From assembly GCA_019057385.1 (NCBI GenBank), contig JAHQJS010000007.1, positions 683,685-747,684 of the forward strand: a DNA stretch of 64,000 bases, read 5' to 3'. The notes below the pieces were generated by a model. The model did no database searches. It was given only the letters and a program-made list of their open reading frames with translations, and was not told where the DNA came from. Source of the stretch: Candidatus Borrarchaeum weybense. Lineage in GTDB: Archaea > Asgardarchaeota > Sifarchaeia > Borrarchaeales > Borrarchaeaceae. The position numbers and the translations under genes are program-made. This document shows positions 50,450 to 61,252 of the stretch, one piece after another. The stretch's first letter is position 1. The number at the start of each line of letters is the position of its first letter.

Positions 50450-52348
50450 CTATTTACGCCTGAATGTCATTTTAAGCTCAGACATTCCTGCTTCGCTTCT
50501 CTTCTCGGTGTAAAATCCCATTTTTTCGAAAAGTCGAAACATTGGACGATTTTCTACTAACACCTCGGCTGTAAATCCAAGAAGACCTTGTTTTTTTGCC
50601 AATTGAGTTAAATAAGTTAATAACTCCGTGCCCAGGCCTTGACGCTGATAATCATCCCTAACAACTAAAGCAACTTCTGCTGTACGAGTTCCTTCGTTAA
50701 TTCCATATTGTCCTAAACCAAGAATTTCTTCCTTTCCTTCATGCTCTTTCACGGCAAGGATGACCATTTCCTTAGTATAATCAATGATTACAAAATCCTG
50801 TAGCCTTTCATGTGGCATATCTGTTCGAGCGGAGCTAAATCGCCGATAAAGACTTTTATCTGAGAGCGAGTAAAAGAAATCCTTCACTAAAGGTTCATCA
50901 CTTATTTTTACAGGTCTCAAGAGCACTTCTAACCCTGCTTTTGTGGTTCTATAGGTTTCAAGTTCTTCAGGATATTCTCCCCTAACTCCAGGGATAAATT
51001 CCTGATCCTTATAGATCAAATTCTGCTTTTTCGCTTCTTCAATTAACCATGATCTAAATTTCGGATGCGCTATTGAAATTAGTTCCATTGCACGTTCTCT
51101 AATGTTTTTGCCATGTAAATAGGCAATGCCATATTCTGTCACCACATAATGTATATCTCCTCTATTTAGAGTTACGCCAGCACCTTCCTTAATAAATGGC
51201 ATTATCCTTGAAACAGTTTCATTTTCAGCAGTCGATTGTAGAGCAAGAATTGTTTTCCCGTTCTTTGCTAAAACTGAACCACGCATAAAATCAGCTTGTC
51301 CACCAATACCACTATAGAATGTCTTTCCAATCGATTCTGCACTTGCTTGACCGGTCAGATCTATCTCTAATGCACTGTTTATCGCGGTCATATTATCATG
51401 TTGAGCGATAGTCAGTGGATTATTTGTATAGTCGACCGTTCGAAATTCGATAGCAGGATTATCATGAATGTATTCATAGGTTTCTTTATTCCCCATACAG
51501 AATGTTGCGATAGTCTTACCCCGGTTTATACTTTTTTTTGAATTATCAATCACTCCTTTTTTCATCAGTTCAACGAGTCCATCACCTATAAGTTCTGTAT
51601 GCACACCAAGATTTTTTTTGTTATAAAGATTCGATAAAATTGCATTTGGGATGCTACCATATCCAACTTGGATCGTATCCCCATTTTCAATTAGTTGTGA
51701 GACATAATTCCCGATTTTTTGAACAACTTCAGTCTCTGCTTCTTCCTTATATTGTAGAACAGGTTCATCATACGGGATAATAAAATCAACATCCTCGATA
51801 TGGATAAAACCGTCCCCGTGCACCCGAGGACTGTTAGAATTGACCTGGGCAATCACTAACGAAGCATTTTCCGTTGCCGCTTTGACAATATCAACACTGA
51901 CGCCTAAGCTCATGTAGCCGTGACTATCTGGTGGTGAAGTCTGCACAAGAGCGACATCAATCGGTACAACTCCGCTATAGAATAACTCCGGAATCTCGGA
52001 CAAAAAAATAGGAGAATAATCTGCCAAGCCTTTATTGATTGCATCTCTAGTATTGGCACCAATGAAAAACGAATTATGTCGAAAATTGTATTTGAGTTTT
52101 TCATCAGCGTAAGGCGCTACTCCAAGTGTCCATACGTGAAGAACTTCAGCATCAAAAAAGGCTTTTGGATGCGATTGGACATAATTTACAAGAGAACGAA
52201 CAAGATATTGAGGTTCACCACAAGCCGTACCAATAAATATTCGGTCTCCTCTATGAATATGACTAAATACTCTATCTTCTGGCATGAATTTATTGGGATA
52301 GATTTTTTTCATTTCTTCCATCATTCTGCTTTCATTATTGAAAATCAT
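50450..52348 (-). CDS. Acetyl-CoA hydrolase/transferase fused to C-terminal GNAT
   Basis: QVGYGSIPNA, HTE, SGIGGQADF.RG and VVTEYG; then LS..S.YRRF, AEVALVVRDDYQRQGLG and N..M..LFEK.GF. Confidence 0.92.
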   Translation of the reverse strand: MIFNNESRMMEEMKKIYPNKFMPEDRVFSHIHRGDRIFIGTACGEPQYLVRSLVNYVQSHPKAFFDAEVLHVWTLGVAPYADEKLKYNFRHNSFFIGANTRDAINKGLADYSPIFLSEIPELFYSGVVPIDVALVQTSPPDSHGYMSLGVSVDIVKAATENASLVIAQVNSNSPRVHGDGFIHIEDVDFIIPYDEPVLQYKEEAETEVVQKIGNYVSQLIENGDTIQVGYGSIPNAILSNLYNKKNLGVHTELIGDGLVELMKKGVIDNSKKSINRGKTIATFCMGNKETYEYIHDNPAIEFRTVDYTNNPLTIAQHDNMTAINSALEIDLTGQASAESIGKTFYSGIGGQADFMRGSVLAKNGKTILALQSTAENETVSRIMPFIKEGAGVTLNRGDIHYVVTEYGIAYLHGKNIRERAMELISIAHPKFRSWLIEEAKKQNLIYKDQEFIPGVRGEYPEELETYRTTKAGLEVLLRPVKISDEPLVKDFFYSLSDKSLYRRFSSARTDMPHERLQDFVIIDYTKEMVILAVKEHEGKEEILGLGQYGINEGTRTAEVALVVRDDYQRQGLGTELLTYLTQLAKKQGLLGFTAEVLVENRPMFRLFEKMGFYTEKRSEAGMSELKMTFRRK

Positions 52349-52500
52349 AGTTCTCCATCCCTCCGGGAACTAAACAGGGTTCATTTTCAAATAATATATA
52401 AATTCAATTTGGTGGAATTAAAAGTTTGTTGAGTTGTTATTTGTCTAATGTTTCATACAAAGTTTCTAGAAAGAATAGAATTGAGACAATAGTTGATACC

Positions 52501-53079
52501 ATGGCTAAAAAAACTAAAAAAAGGTGTTCTTGGGCAGTAAGCAATTCGTTAATGAAAGGATATCATGATAAAGAATGGGGAACACCCGTACACAATGATA
52601 GACTGCTGTTTGAATTTTTAATATTGGAAGGTATTCAGGCGGGACTAAGTTGGAACATCGTTTTGCAAAAAAGAGAGAATTATAGAAAAGCGTTTGATAA
52701 TTTCGACTACACTAATATTGCTAACTATGGGGAAGAAAAGATCGAGGAATTACTGCAAAATAAAGGTATTATTCGAAACAGAAGAAAAATACAAGCTACT
52801 ATTACAAATGCTAAAGCGTTTGTGGAAATGCAAAAGGAGTTTGGTTCGTTTGATGGATACATCTGGGGGTTCATTGATAAGCCAATTCAAAATGCTTGGA
52901 AATCTTTAGAAGAGATTCCAGCTAAAACTGAGATTTCTGAAACAATAAGTAAAGATTTAAAGAAACGAGGGTTCAAATTTATTGGTCCAACAATTGTTTA
53001 CGCGTTTATGCAAGCAATTGGGATGGTTAATGATCACACAATTGATTGTTTCAGATATACTGAGTTGAAAAACAAATAG
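52501..53079 (+). CDS. tag: DNA-3-methyladenine glycosylase I
   Basis: RCSW, YHD.EWG, QAGLSW, FKFIGPT and NDH..DC. Confidence 0.95.
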   Translation: MAKKTKKRCSWAVSNSLMKGYHDKEWGTPVHNDRLLFEFLILEGIQAGLSWNIVLQKRENYRKAFDNFDYTNIANYGEEKIEELLQNKGIIRNRRKIQATITNAKAFVEMQKEFGSFDGYIWGFIDKPIQNAWKSLEEIPAKTEISETISKDLKKRGFKFIGPTIVYAFMQAIGMVNDHTIDCFRYTELKNK

Positions 53080-53309
53080 TTGATTGTTCGAGACGACATA
53101 ATTTTATTTTGATCTTATCGACTTATTTGGTTTATATTCGTTTTTTAGAAACTCTATCATCTATTATTTGCCAATTTTATAAGTAGGAAATTACTCAAAT
53201 CAAACATAATTATAGATGAAGAGCAAAAATGAGTTTTGCGCATCCCAAAAAAATCACTAAAACTTATTTACTCGAACCAACATACATTTGAGTCAAATTG
53301 ATTTGAATA

Positions 53310-53990
53310 GTGATCAAAAATATGTCATTGGATGAGTATCTAGAAATAGCGAAAGAGTTATTCCGGACAAAAGAATACGATTCAGTTATTGAAACTTTGC
53401 AAGAAGTTGTCCAAGTTGATCCCAAATCACCTGAATCAATATTAGCATGGAGACTTATGGGGGTGTCTTTCGCAGAGCTAGGAAATTACAGAATGGCTTT
53501 TAAATGCTATCAAACTTCTTTGGATTTAGATCCTAATGATTCAGCTACGTGGTATAATATGGGTGTAAGTTACGAAAAACTTAACGATCTTGGCAATGCA
53601 ATTAGATCATATAAGGAAGCTCTAAAAATAGACCCTGAGCTCGAAGATGCATTGATTAATCTTGGAGAAGCATATAGAGAGCTAGGTCAGTATAACAAAT
53701 CTATTAATGGCTATAAGAAAGCAGTGATTATTAATCCTACAGATGAAGCCATATGGTATAACATGGGTTGCGTATACGATAAATTGGGCGAGCATAATAA
53801 GGCGATACATTGCTATCAAACTGCCCTGAAAATATATCCTGAATTTATAGCAGCGCTCAGCAACCTGGGTGCAGCTTATGTTGCTGTAGGAGAAATTGAG
53901 AAAGCTGTTGAGTGTTATCAAAAAGCTGGGGAAATTGATCCTAGGTTTGCAAATACTTTAGAAAACTTAAAACTACTTAAGGAAATTTAA
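53310..53990 (+). CDS. TPR protein
   Basis: About six canonical TPRs. Confidence 0.9.
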   Translation: MIKNMSLDEYLEIAKELFRTKEYDSVIETLQEVVQVDPKSPESILAWRLMGVSFAELGNYRMAFKCYQTSLDLDPNDSATWYNMGVSYEKLNDLGNAIRSYKEALKIDPELEDALINLGEAYRELGQYNKSINGYKKAVIINPTDEAIWYNMGCVYDKLGEHNKAIHCYQTALKIYPEFIAALSNLGAAYVAVGEIEKAVECYQKAGEIDPRFANTLENLKLLKEI

Positions 53991-54085
53991 ACCCACTCTT
54001 TAGTTACCTAGTTTAGTATGTTTCAGCACATTTTCCAAGCACCTTCAAAATACGGTTTTTTTGATATTTTTGAGTGTGGGACTTG

Positions 54086-54388
54086 CTACTCAATGTTGAA
54101 AAATGCCTTGTATTCCTCCACATCAAAGCCAACGAGAAACTTCTTATCATCTGAAATAAGAAACGGATAAGCTACATGTTGACTATCAGATTTTTTCATT
54201 AATTCTTCACGCAGGTCGCCTACAACTTTCTTTTCCAATTTGTCTACAAATACATATTTGAAGTCGATTAAATTCTCCTTCAAAAAAACAAGAGCGCGTT
54301 TACAAAATCCGCATGTTGATAACGCGTACAAGGTCACTTGATGACGTGTATTATTCCCAGACACATGAATGAATTCAATTTCCTTCAT
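54086..54388 (-). CDS. Glutaredoxin (CGFC)
   Basis: YALSTCGFC..YP..VGF. Confidence 0.9.
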   Translation of the reverse strand: MKEIEFIHVSGNNTRHQVTLYALSTCGFCKRALVFLKENLIDFKYVFVDKLEKKVVGDLREELMKKSDSQHVAYPFLISDDKKFLVGFDVEEYKAFFNIE

Positions 54389-54469
54389 TCTTAAAATTTT
54401 CCAAAGATCATTTTAATTAATAACAGAAGCATCGTGAAAATTGTGAACTAAAATTCTCATGCTTTTGAT

Positions 54470-54772
54470 TCATTCGATATTGAACATTTCTCTGTATTTG
54501 GCTTCAATAAAGCCTTGTATATACTTTTTGTCATCAACTACTAAGAATGGGTAAGATACGACACGTCCGAATTTCTCTTGTAAATCGGCTCGTAGTTTTT
54601 TTACAATTTTTCTGTCTAAAGAGTCTACAAAAACATACGAATACTCAATGAAATGTTCCTTCAAATATGACATAACGTGATGACAGTGAGCGCACGTCGA
54701 CAACGCATAGAGCTTAATTTTCCAAGTCTTATTTTTACCAAGAACGCGATTGAATTCTATTTCATATGGCAT
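54470..54772 (-). CDS. Glutaredoxin (CAHC)
   Basis: YALSTCAHC..SYP..GF. Confidence 0.9.
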   Translation of the reverse strand: MPYEIEFNRVLGKNKTWKIKLYALSTCAHCHHVMSYLKEHFIEYSYVFVDSLDRKIVKKLRADLQEKFGRVVSYPFLVVDDKKYIQGFIEAKYREMFNIE

Positions 54773-54840
54773 AATATAAGCCCTAATTATGAATTCTAAA
54801 AATTAAATTGTGCAAACGTCAGATTTTGAGGTCTATCTGC

Positions 54841-55158
54841 TTATACATCGTGTTGATGCGTTTCCATTGTATCTAATAAGTCCTCGTATTTCTCTGTATT
54901 GAATCCAACCATACATTCCTTATCATCGACGATTAAGAAAGGAAACGCCACTCTTCGGTTAAATCTTTCTTTTAATTCCTTAGTAACATTATTTCGTGTT
55001 TCTTTATCTAACTTGTCAACGTAAACGAATTCAAAATCAACAGAATTATCTCGTAAAAACGCTAAGGCACGTTTACAAAATCCACAAGTCGAGAGAGCAT
55101 AAACAGTAATTTTACAACCTTTTTTTTCACCGGCTTCGTGAGTCCATTCAAATGACAT
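54841..55158 (-). CDS. Glutaredoxin (CGFC)
   Basis: YALSTCGFC..AFP..VGF; AGGTGA RBS before ATG 55158. Confidence 0.9.
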   Translation of the reverse strand: MSFEWTHEAGEKKGCKITVYALSTCGFCKRALAFLRDNSVDFEFVYVDKLDKETRNNVTKELKERFNRRVAFPFLIVDDKECMVGFNTEKYEDLLDTMETHQHDV

Positions 55159-55268
55159 GCATTTTTTCACCTTTTTTTTGAGTAAATTCAAATGACAATG
55201 GAGTTAAGCTCTAGTTTTTAAGATTTTTGAATGGGGAAAGTCTATGCAACTGTATAAAGACGATTTAG

Positions 55269-56102
55269 CTAATATTCAAGCCTTATTCCAACTCCTACTT
55301 CATTAAGTTCTATGACTTTAGACATTGCTATTTTTGAGTTTAAATCCGTACAATGACAGGCATGTACTTTTTCAGGTTTCAATTCTTTTAGGTATTCTAA
55401 TGTTCCTTTTAATTGTTCTTCTGAAGGATTAAGTAGATGAAATCCACCTATTATATCAATTACTCTATCTTCTTCACAAATCTTTCTAGCATACTCAATA
55501 ATATTGCAGATTCCGGCATGAGAGCAACCTGTAATAATCACTAAACCTTCTCGTGATTTATAAACTATGGCGGAATCATCCATTAAATAATCGTCTTCTA
55601 GGGAAGATCCTAGAATTCTACCAATTGGGCTTTTCGCTTCAAAATCATTTGTTCGTTCTATCTGTCCAAGAAAAACTATGTTGTCTGTTAACCATACAGG
55701 ACTTTTACTTAATTCAAGATTAAAATGGTTAGCTAATTTTTCTTCAGAAATAATAGATCCAATTTCTTTCAAACCGTTTATTGTTCTCGTTGAAAATGTC
55801 AAAGGATGAGCAACAAGCATTGGCTTTACGTAACTAATATTTTCGATCTCCGCCTCTGTGTAAAGTTGCACGAGAGGAACTAAACCCCAGGTATGATCCA
55901 TATGCCCATGAGAAAGAACTATGAAATCGATGTCCAACAGATCGATTTTCATTTTTTGTGCATTCTTAATAAACGCATCTGAATATCCTACATCAAACAG
56001 AATTTTTTTGTTTCCATCTTCAATAAAATATGATACAGCAGGCTCGCCGTAGAAATATCGATCTATTAAAGTATTATTATCCACAAGAACTGTTAATTTC
56101 AT
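55269..56102 (-). CDS. MBL-fold metallo-hydrolase
   Basis: LFDVG, SHGHMDH, GCSHAG, GGFHL and CHCT; GAGGAG RBS before ATG 56102. Confidence 0.9.
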   Translation of the reverse strand: MKLTVLVDNNTLIDRYFYGEPAVSYFIEDGNKKILFDVGYSDAFIKNAQKMKIDLLDIDFIVLSHGHMDHTWGLVPLVQLYTEAEIENISYVKPMLVAHPLTFSTRTINGLKEIGSIISEEKLANHFNLELSKSPVWLTDNIVFLGQIERTNDFEAKSPIGRILGSSLEDDYLMDDSAIVYKSREGLVIITGCSHAGICNIIEYARKICEEDRVIDIIGGFHLLNPSEEQLKGTLEYLKELKPEKVHACHCTDLNSKIAMSKVIELNEVGVGIRLEY

Positions 56103-56203
56103 TGTGTTCTCCTCAATAGTAACATTGAAATTAACTATATAACTTAAGATCCCTCCCATAGAGAACGATTAAAATATTATAATTAAAAGTAGGCGGAATC
56201 CGA

Positions 56204-59041
56204 ATGAGTGCTGTTTCAGGCGATTCAAAGGGACAGTTATCATATGAAGAATGTCTAGAGGTATTGGGTGAAGATATAAATGGACTCACAGAAACTGAAG
56301 CAGGCTCCCGGCTTGCACAATACGGATTTAATAAATTAACAGAGGAAGAGGAAAAAAATCCGATCTTCATGTTTATTGCGCAGTTTAAGTCGCCCCTCGT
56401 TTACGTATTAATCTTTGCAGCCGTATTATCGCTTTTTATGGAAGAATTAATTGATTTTTTTGTAATTTTGGCTATTTTGTTCGCAAATGCGGTAATTGGA
56501 TTTACACAGGAATGGAAAAGTGAAAAAACCATACGCGCGATCCATTCATTGATTGAGGATAAAGCGATAGTAATTCGAGATGGTGATGAAATAGAAATTC
56601 CTGCAGAAAATGTTGTTCCAGGAGATATAATGCTACTTTCCGCGGGCCAAAAAGTTCCTGCTGATGCAAGAATTCTATTCGAAAGAAATCTGCATGTAGA
56701 CGAGAGTTTGCTGACTGGGGAAAGCGTCCCCATAAAGAAAGATACTGTATGTCTAATCGAGGATCCATACTACTATGAGCAAGTCAACATGGTATTTTCG
56801 GGCTCTTTTGTTACCGAAGGTCGAGCTAGAGTCATCGTTACCGCCACAGGCGATAATACAGAATTAGGGAAGATTCACAAAGAACTTCAGGGAATTCAGG
56901 AGAAACCATCTCCGATGGCAATTCGTACAAAACGCCTTAGTTTATTTTTCCTCGGTCTTGCATTGTCATTTGTCGGTTTAGTAATTGGATTAGGACTCTA
57001 TCGGGGACTTGAGGGGGCAGAACTTGCACTCTTAGCACTCGCTAGTCTCGTGTCAGCGATCCCTGAAGGATTATTAGCGGTTCTCACCATCGTTTTAGCT
57101 ATAGGCATAACTAGACTCGCACGACAAAATGTAATTGTAAGAAACTTAGGAACAGTTGAAACACTCGGCATCACGAATGTAATTTGCTCAGACAAGACTG
57201 GTACACTCACTAAAAACGAGATGATGGTTCGTCGAATTTATACGAAAGGACAAATCTATGAGGCAAACGGAAGCGGATATGACCCACTTAGTGGTGGAAT
57301 TTATCTTGAGGGCTATGGACCAGAAGGATGCCTACGTTCTCCAGGTTTTTGTTACCCTGAAGAAGCAGCGCCTCCAGGGGCATACGAGCCAATTAATAAA
57401 GATACTTTGAAACAATATCCTGACTTAGAAAGATTGTTGATATACATGGCTTTAGCTAACGATGCTGAAGTATATGCCGAATGTGAAGGAGGAGGACGCT
57501 GTACTGTGGTGGAGAAACATGATGCACCACACTTTTGGCGAGTTAAAGGCTCACCTACTGAGGCAGCATTGATTGTAGCACTCGAAAAAATTGGTTTACA
57601 TAAGCATATACTCGACGAAATGTGGCCACGCATTGCTGAAATTCCGTTTTCTAGCGCAAGGAAATACATGTCAACTCTCCATGAGCTTGGCCCTATGATG
57701 TATGATGGGAGAGAAAATGGGAGAGAATTTGAAAACAAGAACCTAGTAATCGTTAAAGGTGCACCTGAAGCCCTACAAAATTTCGCTAAAGAAATGCCAG
57801 CTAAATGCCAAGCTATTGTAGATGAATATGCCTCACAAGGTCTACGAATACTGGCTTGCGCAGCTAAATATGTACCAACCAACGTGCGTCAAATTACAAA
57901 AGATGATCTTGAAGGGATAGAGTTTGTTGGGTTGGTCGGTATAAATGACCCACCACGAGAAGAGGTTCGTGATTACATCGAAAGAAGTAAGCTAGCAGGA
58001 ATTTCTGTTAAGATGATTACTGGTGATAACGAACTAACGGCAAACGCTATCGCTGAAGAGATTGGTCTAATAAATCCAGATTCTGGTGGTAAAGCTTCAT
58101 TCAGAGGCGATAGTTTAGATCAAATGAATGATGAAGAATTGAAACAAGTTGTTACTGAAGCCAAGGTGTTTTCTCGAACGAATCCGATACACAAATTACG
58201 AATTGTTAAAGCACTTCAGGAACAGGGTTCTATCGTTGCAATGACAGGAGATGGAATAAATGACAGTCCAGCGCTAAAACAAGCTGACATAGGAATTGCA
58301 ATGGGGATTACAGGTACCGATATTGCTAAAGAAGCTGCTGATGTCGTTTTGCAAGATGAAAAATTTGAGGCTGTTGTTGACGGCATAGACCAAGGGCGGC
58401 ATATTTTTAATAATTTCAGGCGTGTTGCGCTCTATCTACTTTCGACTAATATAGGAGAACTTTTGCTCCTCATTTTAACTTTAGCGATCTTTCTCCATCC
58501 TGTTTTACTTCTGCCCATTCAAATTCTTTGGATCAACCTTGCGACTGACGGATTTCTGGATATTTCACTTGCTATGGAGCCAAAGGAGGAAGGACTTCTA
58601 GATAGACCGCCAAGATCGCTTGATCAGCGGATATTATCACGGGATACTGTCAAATTGGGAATTTTCTACGCATTAATAATGGTAGTGGGTAGTCTAATGG
58701 TTTATTTTTATCTTATATTCCAAGATACTCCTGCAGCGAAAATAAGAACCGCAATTTTTGTAGTTTTGATTATTTTCCAGTGGTTTAATGCTTTCAATTG
58801 TCGATCGCATAATAAATCGGTATTCTCAGTAGGAGTCTTTAAGAACAAGACGCTGTGGGTTTTTCTGGTTATTGACATACTTCTTGTCGCTATTTTATTC
58901 ATCGTACCTCCATTAACACTTGCATTTGACATAGTACCGCTTGGAATCATGGAGTGGGTTATTATTGCACTTATTGGCTCTAGTATTTGGATCATCGACG
59001 AGATTAGAAAAACGCTTCAATTATTTACAGTGCAAGATTGA
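56204..59041 (+). CDS. P-type cation ATPase (type IIA, Ca2+-like)
   Basis: TGES, IPEGL, CSDKTGTLT, KGAPE, TGDN, TGDGIND and QILWINLATD. Confidence 0.95.
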   Translation: MSAVSGDSKGQLSYEECLEVLGEDINGLTETEAGSRLAQYGFNKLTEEEEKNPIFMFIAQFKSPLVYVLIFAAVLSLFMEELIDFFVILAILFANAVIGFTQEWKSEKTIRAIHSLIEDKAIVIRDGDEIEIPAENVVPGDIMLLSAGQKVPADARILFERNLHVDESLLTGESVPIKKDTVCLIEDPYYYEQVNMVFSGSFVTEGRARVIVTATGDNTELGKIHKELQGIQEKPSPMAIRTKRLSLFFLGLALSFVGLVIGLGLYRGLEGAELALLALASLVSAIPEGLLAVLTIVLAIGITRLARQNVIVRNLGTVETLGITNVICSDKTGTLTKNEMMVRRIYTKGQIYEANGSGYDPLSGGIYLEGYGPEGCLRSPGFCYPEEAAPPGAYEPINKDTLKQYPDLERLLIYMALANDAEVYAECEGGGRCTVVEKHDAPHFWRVKGSPTEAALIVALEKIGLHKHILDEMWPRIAEIPFSSARKYMSTLHELGPMMYDGRENGREFENKNLVIVKGAPEALQNFAKEMPAKCQAIVDEYASQGLRILACAAKYVPTNVRQITKDDLEGIEFVGLVGINDPPREEVRDYIERSKLAGISVKMITGDNELTANAIAEEIGLINPDSGGKASFRGDSLDQMNDEELKQVVTEAKVFSRTNPIHKLRIVKALQEQGSIVAMTGDGINDSPALKQADIGIAMGITGTDIAKEAADVVLQDEKFEAVVDGIDQGRHIFNNFRRVALYLLSTNIGELLLLILTLAIFLHPVLLLPIQILWINLATDGFLDISLAMEPKEEGLLDRPPRSLDQRILSRDTVKLGIFYALIMVVGSLMVYFYLIFQDTPAAKIRTAIFVVLIIFQWFNAFNCRSHNKSVFSVGVFKNKTLWVFLVIDILLVAILFIVPPLTLAFDIVPLGIMEWVIIALIGSSIWIIDEIRKTLQLFTVQD

Positions 59042-59292
59042 TTTTCTAGATGTCTGAAAAAAATATATTTTCAAAGAGTAGTAGTAAATCCATTAGAAGG
59101 AGTTATTTAATGCAATCGAGATTAAATGAACGAATAAGTAAAGTTATCAAAACTGCAATCCTTCATCGTGCTTTTTACTGAAGAAGAGATGTTGAGAAAA
59201 GGTATTGAATTCATAATGTTCGTACTAAATTACCGATAAGGCGTAAGGGTTAAGGATGATCTATACTAGAAACAACTGAAAAGGTGGTATAA

Positions 59293-59697
59293 ATGCAGAT
59301 AAAGATATTCTTCTATGCTTTAGGAATCTGGGTATTGTTACTTTTTCTTGCAATTAGTAACGCGTTAATTAGAGAATCAGTTTATGCGCCTATAGTTGGC
59401 TCATATGGGGGACATGTGATTTCTACAATAATAGCAATATTGTATACTCTGATCATTACATATCTATTCGTTGTATATTTAAGAGCAGACGTAACAAGGA
59501 TCGATCTTTTGTTGATTGGTGCTTTTTGGCTGATTATAACAATTCTATTTGAGCTTAGTTTCGGTCATTATGTAATGGGGCATCCCTGGAGCTATTTATT
59601 TGCAGATTATAACATTCTTAAGGGAAGAGTATGGAGTGTTTATTTATTTGTTGTGTTTACAGCACCATCGTTATGGGGGTTTTTTCTAGGAGTATAA
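59293..59697 (+). CDS. Four-TM hypothetical membrane protein
   Basis: FE..FGHY..DYN..KGRVW pattern; AAGGTGG RBS. Confidence 0.75.
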   Translation: MQIKIFFYALGIWVLLLFLAISNALIRESVYAPIVGSYGGHVISTIIAILYTLIITYLFVVYLRADVTRIDLLLIGAFWLIITILFELSFGHYVMGHPWSYLFADYNILKGRVWSVYLFVVFTAPSLWGFFLGV

Positions 59698-59783
59698 ACT
59701 AATATCTAAGATGAAATAAATTAGTTATAAAAATAAAGATGTCCATATAAAAATCATAAAATAAGTAAATTGGTGATGAAATA

Positions 59784-60134
59784 ATGTTCCAACCTTATTG
59801 GTTTCCGTTTTTCTTTATCCCCTTCATGGCAGCAATTTTCATCGTGGTCATCCTTTTAGCTGTATGGGTGTACAGAGATGCTGAAAAGAGAGGAGAGAGC
59901 GGTATATTGTGGTTAATCATTGTATTAATCACTGGGATAATCGGCTTGATAATTTGGTTGATTGTTCGAGGTGATAAGCCAGTGATTTCATCAGAACCGA
60001 CTACAAAAGTACCTCCACCCCCCCAGGCAGTACAGGCTACTCAGACAACTGGCGCCCAGTTTTGTCCAAATTGTGGCGCAAGTATCCAACCTAATTCGGT
60101 TTTCTGCGCAAACTGCGGGGCAAGTCTAGAGTAG
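59784..60134 (+). CDS. PLDc_N-like two-TM protein with C-terminal zinc ribbon
   Basis: WVYRDA..RG..W..IGLIIWL; CPNCG..CANCG. Confidence 0.85.
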   Translation: MFQPYWFPFFFIPFMAAIFIVVILLAVWVYRDAEKRGESGILWLIIVLITGIIGLIIWLIVRGDKPVISSEPTTKVPPPPQAVQATQTTGAQFCPNCGASIQPNSVFCANCGASLE

Positions 60135-60267
60135 ATAAATAGACTACATGTGTCGCAAACAACAACTTTATATGACATAATCAAGAGATATGTAGCCACA
60201 CACTCCTTTTTATTATTTAAGAGTTTAACTAATCATTTTAACACATGGGAGCTTAGGAGGTATAAGC

Positions 60268-61206
60268 ATGACCGAAGAAATATGGTTTGGATATCATCTA
60301 CCACCTGAGGGGACTGGTTTTGAGGGAATGAAAAATGCCTGCCTAACAGCAGAAAAGATAGGACTTGATCTCTTCACAATTACAGATCACTTTATGAATA
60401 TGGCAAACCCAATGGGAGAAGAGAACCATCCTCTTGAGTGTTGGACTCTGCTCGGAGCACTTGCCGCGATAACTAATAAGATTAGATTAGGCCCCTTAGT
60501 ATCCTGTTATAGTTATAGAGCACCAACATTGTTAGGGAAAATTGCCACTACTGTCGACGTTATCAGCAATGGAAGACTCGTAATGGGACTAGGGGCAGGA
60601 TGGAACGAACCCGAATTCAAAGGGTTTTATGGAAGATTTCCTCCTACGAAAGAACGCCTACAAGGCTTCGAAGACACTCTTGCCATCGTTTATTCAATGT
60701 TTAAAAATAAACACACGACATACAGGGGCAAAGCGTTCTCTACAGAAAATACATTGAACAGTCCACGACCAATTCAAGAACATATACCATTGATGATAGG
60801 TGCTTTTGGGGAGAAAATGATTAGATTAGCGACACAGTACGCCGACATTATTCATTGCATGTTTGATCCAAGCCCAGAATATTTAGCCCAACAAAAGCAA
60901 AAGATAATAACTGGATGTGAAAAAACAGGAAGAAATCCCTAGGAGATTCGAATAGGATCAGGATATACCATCTGGTTGGATCCAACTGAAGAAGAGACCA
61001 ATCAGCGAGTCAAAAGACTGCAAGTAAGGATGAACATACCAGAAGAAACAGCAAGACAAATTGTTGCAAATGCCCCCTCGACACCAGAAGCACATATAGA
61101 AACAATTCAGAAAGCAATTGAGGACGGAATAACAGTTTTCACACTCATGGGGTCACCAACCCTGTTAAAAACATTTGCCGAACAAGTTTTATTAAAACTA
61201 AAATAA
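60268..61206 (+). pseudogene. LLM-class (F420/flavin) oxidoreductase interrupted by one in-frame TAG at 60940-60942
   Basis: DHF, GPLV..YR.P, SNGR..GLGAGW and P.P.Q..IP. The two track ORFs are in the same frame: GRNP*EIRIGSG. Confidence 0.8.
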
Positions 61207-61252
61207 TCATATTCAGCAAAGCGTAGTAGTCCAAACACGAGAAAATAAAATC

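Noticed and set aside
379-58995. Numerous 60-180 aa ORFs nested in or antisense to long genes
   Set aside because: They overlap well-supported CDSs and have no motifs or RBS; treated as spurious.
59110-59239. Possible frameshifted small gene after GAAGGAG
   Set aside because: Two short frames with no recognisable family.
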